Positions 38,809 to 47,642 of a DNA stretch of 64,000 bases are shown here, in pieces. The notes beneath the pieces are model-generated. The model was not told where the DNA came from and did not search any database. It saw nothing but the letters and a program-made list of their open reading frames with translations. Position 1 is the first letter of the stretch; every line of letters begins with the position of its first letter. Position numbers and translations under genes: made by a program. This stretch comes from an uncultured Spirochaetota bacterium. GTDB taxonomy: Bacteria; Spirochaetota; Spirochaetia; SZUA-6; Fen-1364. The stretch covers positions 128,001 to 192,000 of the forward strand of contig CAVTHO010000005.1 in NCBI GenBank assembly GCA_963734545.1, given 5' to 3'.

Positions 38809-39890
38809 TCGCGAAGCGCTCCGCGCCCCTGTATGCAACGTCAATCCAGGGAACCCTCCAGAAGCTCTTCGAGGAGGCGCCCCGTGTTGTGCTGGGCGCG
38901 ACCGACCGTATCGTGATCCTGAGCGATCTCCACCTCGGCGATGGAGGGCCGCGGGACGATTTTCGCCACAATGCGGCGCTGGTGCAGGATGTCCTTCGAG
39001 ACTACTACCTCGAGGCCGGATACTCGCTGGTGCTCAACGGCGACATCGAGGAGCTGCAGCGTTTCCGCTACGCGTCGATCCGGGCACGCTGGGGACCGGT
39101 CCTGGCGCTCTTTGAAGAGTTCCGACGGCGGACGGCGTTGTACAAAATCCTGGGCAACCACGACCAGGGGCTGCGCGTCCTTGCGCAGAAACGCTCCGCG
39201 GACTCCTTTCTCGACGCCATCTGCTTCACCTTCGATGCGGATACGATTTTTCTCTTTCACGGGCATCAGGCAACCATCTTCTTCGAGCGCTTCAACGGAG
39301 TTTCGGAGTTCTTCCTTCGATATGTGGCCAACACGCTGCGCATCCCGAATGTTCCCGTCCAGTACGAAAGCCGTAAGAAGTACCTGACCGAGGACCGGGT
39401 GTACGCATTCTCCAGCAGCCGCAAGGTCGTCTCGATCATCGGACACACGCATCGACCGCTTTTTGAATCGCTTTCCAAGATCGATACCCTGCGATTCATG
39501 ATCGAACAGCTCTGTCGTGACTACCCTGCCGTTTCTCCCCGAGCGCGAAAGGCCATCGAAACCGCGATTGTTGCCTACCGCAAGGAGCTGACGCGGCTGT
39601 GGGAAAGGGACCGTGAAGACGGCCTGCGAAGCAGCCTCTACAACGAGCAGATCAGCATCCCCTGCCTCTTCAACTCGGGCTGCGGAATCGGCAAGCGGGG
39701 CGTGACGGCCATCGAGATCGCCGGCGGGGACATCGCCCTGGTGCACTGGTTCGACCGCACCCGCGGCGAGCGGTATATGCGGGAGAACGGAAGGCCTGCG
39801 GAACGGCTGGGTGCGACAAACTACTATCGCGCCGTTCTCAAGCAGGACCGGCTTCAGTACGTATTCACACGGATCAGGCTCCTCGCCTGA
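38805..39890 (+). CDS. Calcineurin-like metallophosphoesterase
   Basis: SDLHLG, NGDIEEL, GNHD, FHGH, GHTH, NSGC. Confidence 0.9.
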   Translation: MIAKRSAPLYATSIQGTLQKLFEEAPRVVLGATDRIVILSDLHLGDGGPRDDFRHNAALVQDVLRDYYLEAGYSLVLNGDIEELQRFRYASIRARWGPVLALFEEFRRRTALYKILGNHDQGLRVLAQKRSADSFLDAICFTFDADTIFLFHGHQATIFFERFNGVSEFFLRYVANTLRIPNVPVQYESRKKYLTEDRVYAFSSSRKVVSIIGHTHRPLFESLSKIDTLRFMIEQLCRDYPAVSPRARKAIETAIVAYRKELTRLWERDREDGLRSSLYNEQISIPCLFNSGCGIGKRGVTAIEIAGGDIALVHWFDRTRGERYMRENGRPAERLGATNYYRAVLKQDRLQYVFTRIRLLA

Positions 39891-40015
39891 GAATCGGGTC
39901 CCGCGAGAAGTTCCATACCCCGCTCGAATAGGAAAGCTCGCCCCTCGGCAGAAACCGGGAGCGGGCGGGACGAAATCCGCCGAACACGTCGGCGAGGAGG
40001 GGAACCGAAATGGGA

Positions 40016-41041
40016 CTAGAACCTGGCGCTGAAGGAGTAGTCGAAACGGACTCCAAAAGTCCAGTCATTTTTGTCGTAGAAGCCGGCCGAGACCGCGTTG
40101 TTGCCCTCGAACGCATTGAAGTTGGCGATCGCGTAGCTGAACATCGGATTGATCTTGAAATTCCTGGCCACCTGGATGGGGAGCTCGACGCCGATGGCGG
40201 TGTTGGGGTTGTTTGAGAAATCGACGAGGGTGTCGGTCACGAGGTAGATCGTCGGCGCAACGACGCCCGCACTGTACGTGAGCTGCGCATAGTAGGTAAG
40301 CTCGTGCTTTGCCGCCACATCGTTGATGTTCAAGGCAGCGAATTCATTTGTAAACGTGAACCCATATGCCGACACGGTGAAGTACCCGTCAACACTGATT
40401 CCTGTGGGTTTGGTCATGCCAACCTGCTGGGGAATCATCTGGCTTTCCGCGCCGACTTCAAGCTTGATATCCGGCCCGAGATCCGGTTTGACCACAATGG
40501 CGGGGATGAAATAGAGCCAGGGATCCTGCTGGTACTTCAGGGTTTGTGTCTGGCTGGCGCCCGCTGCCAGGGGCGGGAAGATCATGTAGTTGCCGGAGAT
40601 GAAGCTGATGTCGGATTTGTTTCCGACCTGCAGACCCGCCCAGCCGAGGCCGGGAATCGCATACTTGACCCCTGCCAGGAGCATGCGCGCCCCGCCGTAA
40701 ATGGCGACTATCTGCTCGAAGTTCGTGTAGGTCTTGCCGAGAGTCAGGGTGAGGTTGTCCATCGGAACCCAGTCGATGTACGCGTGGCGGAACTCGCCGT
40801 TGCGGGGGTCCAGCTCGAGAGTGGATTTCAAGCCGTCCGCAAGCTGAGCCCTGAAGCCGAGCCGGAGCTTGCTGATGGTGAAGTTGCCGAGCGCGGGCTG
40901 GTTCAGGCCCCATTCTGTGCCCGACATCTGATAGTCGAAGAACGTCGACCCGTAGATCTCGTAGTTCGTCACGGGTGCGGTCTGGGCGAACGCCGATGCC
41001 GCGACGAGCACAAGCGCGCCGATGAAAAGATGCTTCTTCAT
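40016..41041 (-). CDS. Putative outer-membrane porin, possibly phosphate-regulated
   Basis: Signal peptide ASAFA; FTISKLRLGF..HAYIDW..LTLTLGK porin-like N-terminus; C-terminal Phe; GGAGG RBS. Confidence 0.7.
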   Translation of the reverse strand: MKKHLFIGALVLVAASAFAQTAPVTNYEIYGSTFFDYQMSGTEWGLNQPALGNFTISKLRLGFRAQLADGLKSTLELDPRNGEFRHAYIDWVPMDNLTLTLGKTYTNFEQIVAIYGGARMLLAGVKYAIPGLGWAGLQVGNKSDISFISGNYMIFPPLAAGASQTQTLKYQQDPWLYFIPAIVVKPDLGPDIKLEVGAESQMIPQQVGMTKPTGISVDGYFTVSAYGFTFTNEFAALNINDVAAKHELTYYAQLTYSAGVVAPTIYLVTDTLVDFSNNPNTAIGVELPIQVARNFKINPMFSYAIANFNAFEGNNAVSAGFYDKNDWTFGVRFDYSFSARF

Positions 41042-41112
41042 GCAAAACCTCCCTGGTCGGTAATTGCGCGGCAGGCAGCCGCGTGCCGCGCGGGACGACA
41101 TTCGGCCGCGCG

Positions 41113-41151
41113 TGTTAGTCTTCCATGAAGGCAGTCTTTGTTTTCGGTTAA
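41113..41151 (-). promoter_or_regulatory. Pho-box-like site upstream of the porin
   Basis: Minus strand TTAACC, CAAAGA, TTCATG, CTAACA at 11-bp spacing. Confidence 0.6.
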
Positions 41152-41276
41152 TTCATTTTTGCCGCACTTGACGTATTCGACCCATTCTCCTTACTATGGA
41201 AAGAAATACGGACCATGCCCGCCCGTGGAGCGAAAGCGGTGGGACCCATTCCCCGTTCATTCATGTAAGGACGCAT

Positions 41277-43103
41277 ATGCCGAAAACTGCCGTCAGGTAC
41301 GACGAGAAAGCAATCCAGACCCTCGATTCCCTGGAGCACATCCGCCTGCGCACAGGGATGTATATCGGGCGGCTCGGTGATGGCTCCAACCCCACGGACG
41401 GTATCTACATTCTCCTGAAAGAGATCATCGACAACAGCGTGGACGAGTTCATCATGGGGGAGGGAAAGGTCATCGAGATCGTCCGGAAAAAGGAGTCGAT
41501 GGCGGTCCGTGACTACGGCCGCGGCATCCCGCTGGGCAAAGTGATCGACTGCGTGAGCAAGGTCAATACGGGCGGCAAGTTCAACGACGAGGTGTTCCAG
41601 TTCTCCGTGGGTCTGAACGGCATCGGCACCAAGGCGGTCAATGCGCTGTCTGCTGATTTCGAGGTTGCCAGCTTCCGCGAAGGGAAGTTCATGCAGGGGC
41701 TCTTCAAGACCGGCAAGCTCGTCAGCCAGAAGGAAGGCAGGGAGCCAAAGGCCAGAACAGGCACACTGGTCCGGTTCACCCCTGACCCGAAGATCTTCGG
41801 CTCGTATGCATGGAACGACGATTTCATCCTCAAGAGGCTGCGCTACTACGCCTACCTGAACAGGGGCCTGCGCTTCCTGTACAACGGTGAAACGGTCGTG
41901 AGCCAGGGCGGGCTGCAGGACCTTCTCGTGGAAGAGATAGGCGACGAGTCCATGCACTACGAGATCGCCCACTTCAAGGGTCCCCACCTGGAGTTCGCCT
42001 TTACGCACACGGCCAACTATGGAGAAAACTACTTCAGCTTCGTAAACGGCCAGTTCACCATCGACGGCGGGACTCACCAGACCGCCTTCCGCCTGGGGGT
42101 GTTGAAAGCCATCGACGACTACGCGGGGATCAACTTCTCCGCGGAGGACGTGCGGGAGGGGATGATCGGCGCAGTGGCCATCAAGCTCAAGGACCCCGTC
42201 TTCGAAAGCCAGACAAAGCACAAGCTGGGCAACAACGAGATACGCGGCTGGGTGGCGGAGGAGGTCAAGCAGCAGACACTCACATGGCTGCACAAGAACG
42301 AATCGGAGGCGAAGAAGCTCGTCGAGAAGATAAAGTCGAACGAGCGGATCAGGAAAGAGCTCTCCACGATCAAGAAGCAGGCGCGGGAGATGGCCCGCAA
42401 GGTGGAGATCCACATCCCCAAGCTCACCGACTGCAAGGTGCACTACGATGACTTGAAGGACAAACGGCGGGAGGAGACCAGCATCTTTCTCACGGAGGGG
42501 GATTCGGCCGGCGGTCCCATGATCCAATCGCGGGACGTGTATACCCAGGCCATCTTCTCCCTCAGGGGAAAGCCGCTGAACGTGTACGGCATGAAGCGGG
42601 ACACCGTGTACAAGAACGAGGAGCTGTACAACATCATGCGCGCCCTGGGCATCGAGGAAGACCTGGAGGGCCTGCGCTACAACAAGGTGATCATCGCCAC
42701 GGACGCGGACGTGGACGGCATGCACATCAGGAACCTCCTGCTCACCTACTTCCTGCACTACTTCGAGGAGCTGGTCCTGAAGGGCCATGTCTATATCCTG
42801 GAGACCCCGCTCTTCAGGGTGCGCACGAAGAATGAAACCGTCTACTGCTACAGCGAATCGGAGCGGGACGTCGCAATGAAGCGCTTGAAGGGAAACGAGG
42901 TCACTCGTTTCAAGGGCCTGGGGGAAATAAGCCCCGGGGAGTTCAAGCAGTTCATGGGAAACGACATCCGCCTCCTGGAAGTGCAGATCCAGTCCATGGG
43001 CGGCGTGCACAAGACCCTGGAGTTTCTCATGGGAAAGAACACGCCGGAGAGGAAAAAATTCATCGTGAACAATCTCGTGGCCGATGTGCTGCAGGGCGCA
43101 TAG
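41277..43103 (+). CDS. parE: DNA topoisomerase IV subunit B
   Basis: EHIRLRTGMYIG, EIIDNSVDE, TEGDSA, LRGKPLN, TDADVDG, RFKGLGE. Confidence 0.92.
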   Translation: MPKTAVRYDEKAIQTLDSLEHIRLRTGMYIGRLGDGSNPTDGIYILLKEIIDNSVDEFIMGEGKVIEIVRKKESMAVRDYGRGIPLGKVIDCVSKVNTGGKFNDEVFQFSVGLNGIGTKAVNALSADFEVASFREGKFMQGLFKTGKLVSQKEGREPKARTGTLVRFTPDPKIFGSYAWNDDFILKRLRYYAYLNRGLRFLYNGETVVSQGGLQDLLVEEIGDESMHYEIAHFKGPHLEFAFTHTANYGENYFSFVNGQFTIDGGTHQTAFRLGVLKAIDDYAGINFSAEDVREGMIGAVAIKLKDPVFESQTKHKLGNNEIRGWVAEEVKQQTLTWLHKNESEAKKLVEKIKSNERIRKELSTIKKQAREMARKVEIHIPKLTDCKVHYDDLKDKRREETSIFLTEGDSAGGPMIQSRDVYTQAIFSLRGKPLNVYGMKRDTVYKNEELYNIMRALGIEEDLEGLRYNKVIIATDADVDGMHIRNLLLTYFLHYFEELVLKGHVYILETPLFRVRTKNETVYCYSESERDVAMKRLKGNEVTRFKGLGEISPGEFKQFMGNDIRLLEVQIQSMGGVHKTLEFLMGKNTPERKKFIVNNLVADVLQGA

Positions 43104-43124
43104 CATCGATAGAAGGAAGACACC

Positions 43125-45065
43125 GTGAGCCTGCTCAAGCCCCTGATGGAGAAGAACTTCCTCGAATATGCCAGCTACGTGATCATGGACCGGGCCATCC
43201 CCGATCTGCGGGACGGCTGCAAGCCGGTGCAGCGGCGCATCCTCCACACCCTTTTCGAAATGCACGACGGGAAGTTCCACAAGGTGGCCAATGTCATCGG
43301 GGAGTGCATGAAGCTGCACCCCCACGGCGACGCCTCCATAGGGGACGCCCTGGTGGTCCTGGCCAACAAGGATTACTTCATCGAGAAGCAGGGCAACTTC
43401 GGCAATGTCCTCACCGGTCATGCCGCCGCCGCCCCCCGCTACACGGAGTGCCGCCTGACGCCGCTGGCGGTGGAGACGCTGTTCAACAAAGCGCTCACGG
43501 AGAACATCCCCAGCTATGACGGAAGGCGCCAGGAGCCGCGCGAGCTTCCCGCAAAGGTGCCGGTGCTCCTCATGCTGGGCGCGGAGGGCATCGCGGTGGG
43601 GATGTCGACCACGATCCTCCCGCACAATTTCATCGAGCTGCTGGAAGCCCAGATCAGCATCCTGCGCGGGAATGACTACTCTCTTGCCCCGGACTTCATC
43701 CAGGGCGGCCTGATCGATGTGAGCGAATACGACGACGGCCGCGGAAAGATCCGGGTGCGGGCGAGGATCGAGAAGATATCAAGCGCCCAGAAGCTGGTCA
43801 TCCGCGATGTGGCCTGGTCCACGACCACGACCGGCCTGATCGCATCCATAGAAACGGCCGTGCAGAAGGGAAAGGTGAGCGTCAGCACGATCAATGACTT
43901 TACCACTGACAAGGTGGAGATCGAGCTGCATCTCTCCCGCGGCGCTTCGGCGGAAGCGGTCATGGATCAGCTGTACGCGCACACCGACTGCGAGGTGTCG
44001 ATCAGCTCGAACATGGTCGTCATCCGGAACGACCGTCCCGTCGAGGTCACCGTTTCCGAGTACCTGAAGGAGTTCACCGGCATTCTCAAGAAGCAGATCA
44101 AGGCGGAGCTCGAGCACGAGCTTTCGAACCTCGAGAACCGCCGGCACTGGCTCACGCTGGAACAGATATTCATTGAGAACAGGGTGTACAAGGCCATAGA
44201 GAAAGCCGCCACGGAAGAAGCGGTCAAGAAACAGGTCTTTGAGGGCATGAAGCCGTTCAAGAAGCTCTTCGTCAGGCCCATGACGGAGGACGACGTGACG
44301 CGCCTGCTCGACCTGAGGATCCGCCGGATCTCCGCCTATGACATCAGGAAAAATCGGGGCGAGATCACCGACATCGTGGCAGCCATCAAGCTCTGCAACG
44401 CCCGGTTGAAGAACCTCACCAAGACCACCATCGGCTGGCTGTCGGGTCTTGTGGAGAAGTACAAGGACCTTTTCCCGCGGAGAACGGTCGTGGAGACCTT
44501 CCACACCGTGGACAAGGTGGCGGTGGCCAAGGCGAACATCCGCCTGAGCTATGACCGGGAGGCCGGCTACTTCGGTTCATCGATGCGCGGCTCGGAGTTC
44601 GTGATGAACGTCACGGAGTACGACCGCATCCTCACCGTCACATCAGACGGCACCTATCGCATCATGGCCCCCCCGGACAAGGCCTGGATGCCCGGCGCTC
44701 TCCTGTACGCGGCGGTCTGGGATCCGGGGAAGGGAGAACACTTCGTTCTTGTCTATCGGGACGCGGCCAAAGTGGCGTGGGGCAAGCGGGTGCACATCGA
44801 GCGGTTCATCACGAACAAAACCTATTCGCTGGTCAAGGAAGGATCGGTCGGCATCGACTTTCTGTCGGAAAAAAAGAATCCGGGCGTGCTGCAGCTCAAC
44901 ATGGTACCTTTCAAGCGTCAGAAGGTGAAGGCGGTCACCGTGGACCTGGGCAAGATCCCCGCCTGCGGCCTTGCCGCCCGGGGCCTGAGACTCTCTGCAA
45001 AGCCGGTGCAAAGCGTGCAGCTCCTGCCGGGCAAAGAGAAACCATCACGAGCGGAAAAGAAGTAG
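43125..45065 (+). CDS. parC: DNA topoisomerase IV subunit A (short C-terminal domain)
   Basis: RAIPDLRDGCKPVQRRI, HPHGDASI, AAAPRYTE catalytic Tyr, GIAVGMST. Confidence 0.92.
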   Translation: MSLLKPLMEKNFLEYASYVIMDRAIPDLRDGCKPVQRRILHTLFEMHDGKFHKVANVIGECMKLHPHGDASIGDALVVLANKDYFIEKQGNFGNVLTGHAAAAPRYTECRLTPLAVETLFNKALTENIPSYDGRRQEPRELPAKVPVLLMLGAEGIAVGMSTTILPHNFIELLEAQISILRGNDYSLAPDFIQGGLIDVSEYDDGRGKIRVRARIEKISSAQKLVIRDVAWSTTTTGLIASIETAVQKGKVSVSTINDFTTDKVEIELHLSRGASAEAVMDQLYAHTDCEVSISSNMVVIRNDRPVEVTVSEYLKEFTGILKKQIKAELEHELSNLENRRHWLTLEQIFIENRVYKAIEKAATEEAVKKQVFEGMKPFKKLFVRPMTEDDVTRLLDLRIRRISAYDIRKNRGEITDIVAAIKLCNARLKNLTKTTIGWLSGLVEKYKDLFPRRTVVETFHTVDKVAVAKANIRLSYDREAGYFGSSMRGSEFVMNVTEYDRILTVTSDGTYRIMAPPDKAWMPGALLYAAVWDPGKGEHFVLVYRDAAKVAWGKRVHIERFITNKTYSLVKEGSVGIDFLSEKKNPGVLQLNMVPFKRQKVKAVTVDLGKIPACGLAARGLRLSAKPVQSVQLLPGKEKPSRAEKK

Positions 45066-45098
45066 CGTGCCATTCCGGGCCCGTTGCGGCCCGCGCGC

Positions 45099-45977
45099 TC
45101 AGGAATCTCCCGCGCTTCCGGTAACGGGCGTCTGCCGGACACGATCCTTCAACACACGGCTGAAAGCCATCCTGGGCGCCTGCTCTTCCGGCCTGGCCTT
45201 GAGCGTGATCTTTTCACCCGTGGCAGGGTTGATCCCGACCCGCGCTTTCCGCGCCGGCCTGAGCCGCAGGGACAGCCGGCCCATCTTTCCCAACGGCACC
45301 CGCAGACCGAGGAGAAGACCCGATTCGAGCATCATGAGGTAGTCATCGATGAGCTGCCGGGTCTGCTTCTGGCTCAGCTCATTCTTGCGCGCCAGGTAGG
45401 TGACAATGGATTTCATCGTGAGCTGCTCGGGGAAATCACGGCCGGGCCTGGTCACCGTGCGATTGATCCTGACAAAACCGTTGGTGAGGAATATCGTCGC
45501 CTCCCGGATCCTCTTCTCCTGCTCATCCGCAGGGACCGCCGGGTCACAGGCGGCAATCTTGAGCAGCGCGGAGGTGCTCGCCACAGGTCCGGCGCGCAGC
45601 CTCGCAGCCTCTCCGAGGGCCAGGTCGGATTCGAGTTGTCCCTCCTCGGACATTGCGAGGTGCGGGACGTCGGTGCGAAGCTCGATGCTCGCGTACTCGG
45701 TCCTCCGCCCTGCGCCGGCTTCCCCTGACGGCCCCAGGCTGAGCAGAGAGCCTGACCAGGTCAGAAGCAGGGCGCCCCGGGGATCATCGGCGGAAAACCG
45801 GTCCAGCTCGCGCATGTCCAGCGCCCTGATCTGCGCTTCGAACATGTCTTTCTTCTCGAACCACACCCGCGCCATTTCCGCCAAAGAGTCTTCCGTTTCC
45901 GGGAGGCCCGAGCTCCTGATGAGCCCCTGCAGATGGGCCCTGATTGCAGAACTCAAACCGCGCGCGTTCTCCGTCAT
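45099..45977 (-). CDS. Unknown N-terminal domain fused to a C-terminal HU/IHF domain
   Basis: C-terminus VPLGKMGRLSLRLRPARKARVGINPATGEKITLKA..F; N-terminus paralogous to 46084 protein. Confidence 0.85.
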   Translation of the reverse strand: MTENARGLSSAIRAHLQGLIRSSGLPETEDSLAEMARVWFEKKDMFEAQIRALDMRELDRFSADDPRGALLLTWSGSLLSLGPSGEAGAGRRTEYASIELRTDVPHLAMSEEGQLESDLALGEAARLRAGPVASTSALLKIAACDPAVPADEQEKRIREATIFLTNGFVRINRTVTRPGRDFPEQLTMKSIVTYLARKNELSQKQTRQLIDDYLMMLESGLLLGLRVPLGKMGRLSLRLRPARKARVGINPATGEKITLKARPEEQAPRMAFSRVLKDRVRQTPVTGSAGDS

Positions 45978-46083
45978 GGCATCCCCCTGCTGAAAAGGTA
46001 GTGTGCTTTGCCCGCAATCTCAACCCGCGGCCCTGGTCGGTAAGCAGGCCGGAAATGGGCTATACTCGGCACAGGAGGAACGC

Positions 46084-46614
46084 ATGAGCGAACACCTTGA
46101 CCTGATCCCCGTCGAGATCCAGAGCCATATCCGCCAGATCACCAAGACCTCCGGACTTCCCGACACGGAGGAGTCGGTGGACATGATCGCCCAGGGATGG
46201 CTGGAGAAGAAGGACCGTTTCGAAAAGCTCCTGGCCCGCATGAGCCTCGAGGAGGTCGACCTCCTCGAGAAGACGGACCCGCGCGGCTGCCTGGCCATGA
46301 CATACTCCGGCTCCCTCATCAACATCGGCCCCCTGCGCGAGGGAGGGAGAACCGTCCAGTATGCGAGCATCGGCCTGCGCCAGGACGTGCCGGAGATTGC
46401 CACGCAGGCAGGCTCGGAGCTCGGGGCCGATGTGGTGGAAGGCACGCCGGTCACATTCACGCAGGGACCCATCAGGAGCTCGTCCCCTGTCTTCAAGATC
46501 GTCGTGACCAGCGAAGACATGGACCTGGAAGCGCAGGAGCAGCAGATCACGAAGGCGACGCAGATACTCACGAAGCAGTTCGTGGAGGTGAACAAGGAGC
46601 TGGAAACGGAGTAG
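46084..46614 (+). CDS. Hypothetical protein, paralog of the N-terminal domain of the HU fusion
   Basis: AGGAGG RBS; shared SGLP.TE.S, W.EKKD.FE, DPRG.L..T.SGSL..GP, YASI.LR.DVP. Confidence 0.85.
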   Translation: MSEHLDLIPVEIQSHIRQITKTSGLPDTEESVDMIAQGWLEKKDRFEKLLARMSLEEVDLLEKTDPRGCLAMTYSGSLINIGPLREGGRTVQYASIGLRQDVPEIATQAGSELGADVVEGTPVTFTQGPIRSSSPVFKIVVTSEDMDLEAQEQQITKATQILTKQFVEVNKELETE

Positions 46615-46624
46615 GCTTCCGCTG

Positions 46625-47641
46625 ATGCGGGCGCTTTCTGAAAAGCTCCAGGAGATTTACCACCGCAGGGAGCCTCCGGATCGCGAGGCATACCTGGAGA
46701 CTCTCTGGGCGGTGCTGGAAGTGCTGGGCACGGAGCCCGACGCCGTCCGGCCCGCGGACCCGGACTGGAAGCCGGGCGGGCTCGTGCTTCTGGACCGGGA
46801 GCTGCCGACGATCGTGGTGCCTGATCTGCACGCCCGGATGGATTTCTTCCTCAGCGTCATGGCCTACGAGGCGGAGGAAGGCAGAAAAACGCTGGACCTG
46901 CTTGCGGAGGATCGTCTCCAGGTGGTCTGCGTCGGTGACGGCGTGCACTCCGAGGGTCGGGCGGCCAGACGCTGGCGGACGGCAATGGACGAGTTCCAGG
47001 AGGAGTATCGGGTCCATGCAAGCATGGACCAGGAGATGCGGGAAAGCCTCGGGGTGATGAGCATGGTCATGGAGGTGAAGCGCAGCTTTCCGCTGCGTTT
47101 CCATTTCCTGAAGGGAAACCACGAAAACATCACCAATGAGATGGGCAACGGCAATCTTCCGTTCCGCAAGTTCGCCCTCGAAGGCATCATGACGCTGGAC
47201 TACATGGAGCGCTTTTACGGAGAAGAGATGGTGAAGGCATATGCTTTTTTCGAAAAGGAGCTGCCTCTCCTCGCCGCCGGCCGGGGCTTCCTCATTTCCC
47301 ATGCGGAGCCCGGCACGTTCTACGACCGGCAAAGCCTCATCGGGTACAGGCGGCATCCCGAGGTGGTGAGCGGGCTCACCTGGACGGACAATGACGAGGC
47401 TGAGGGGGGGAGCGTCCAGCGCATGCTGACCCACTACCTCGGAGAGGAAGAAGGGTCCCGCGGCTGGTATTTCACCGGGCATCGCCCCGTCTCGGGGCGC
47501 TACCGGCTCCGGGCCGACGGCAGGCTCGTCCAGATCCATGACCCCGAGAGATTCATGATCGCCCATTTGCCTGTCTCCTCGGAGATCGAGCCGGAAAGGA
47601 ACGTCCGCGAAATCGAGTATCTCGCGGACGAGGTAATGTGA
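46625..47641 (+). CDS. Metallophosphoesterase, PPP Ser/Thr phosphatase-like
   Basis: PDLH, GDGVH, LKGNHE, ISHA, LTWTD, GH. Confidence 0.85.
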   Translation: MRALSEKLQEIYHRREPPDREAYLETLWAVLEVLGTEPDAVRPADPDWKPGGLVLLDRELPTIVVPDLHARMDFFLSVMAYEAEEGRKTLDLLAEDRLQVVCVGDGVHSEGRAARRWRTAMDEFQEEYRVHASMDQEMRESLGVMSMVMEVKRSFPLRFHFLKGNHENITNEMGNGNLPFRKFALEGIMTLDYMERFYGEEMVKAYAFFEKELPLLAAGRGFLISHAEPGTFYDRQSLIGYRRHPEVVSGLTWTDNDEAEGGSVQRMLTHYLGEEEGSRGWYFTGHRPVSGRYRLRADGRLVQIHDPERFMIAHLPVSSEIEPERNVREIEYLADEVM

Positions 47642-47642
47642 A

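Noticed and set aside
41277-45065. gyrB/gyrA assignment
   Set aside because: The A subunit is short (646 aa) with no GyrA box seen; fits ParE/ParC better
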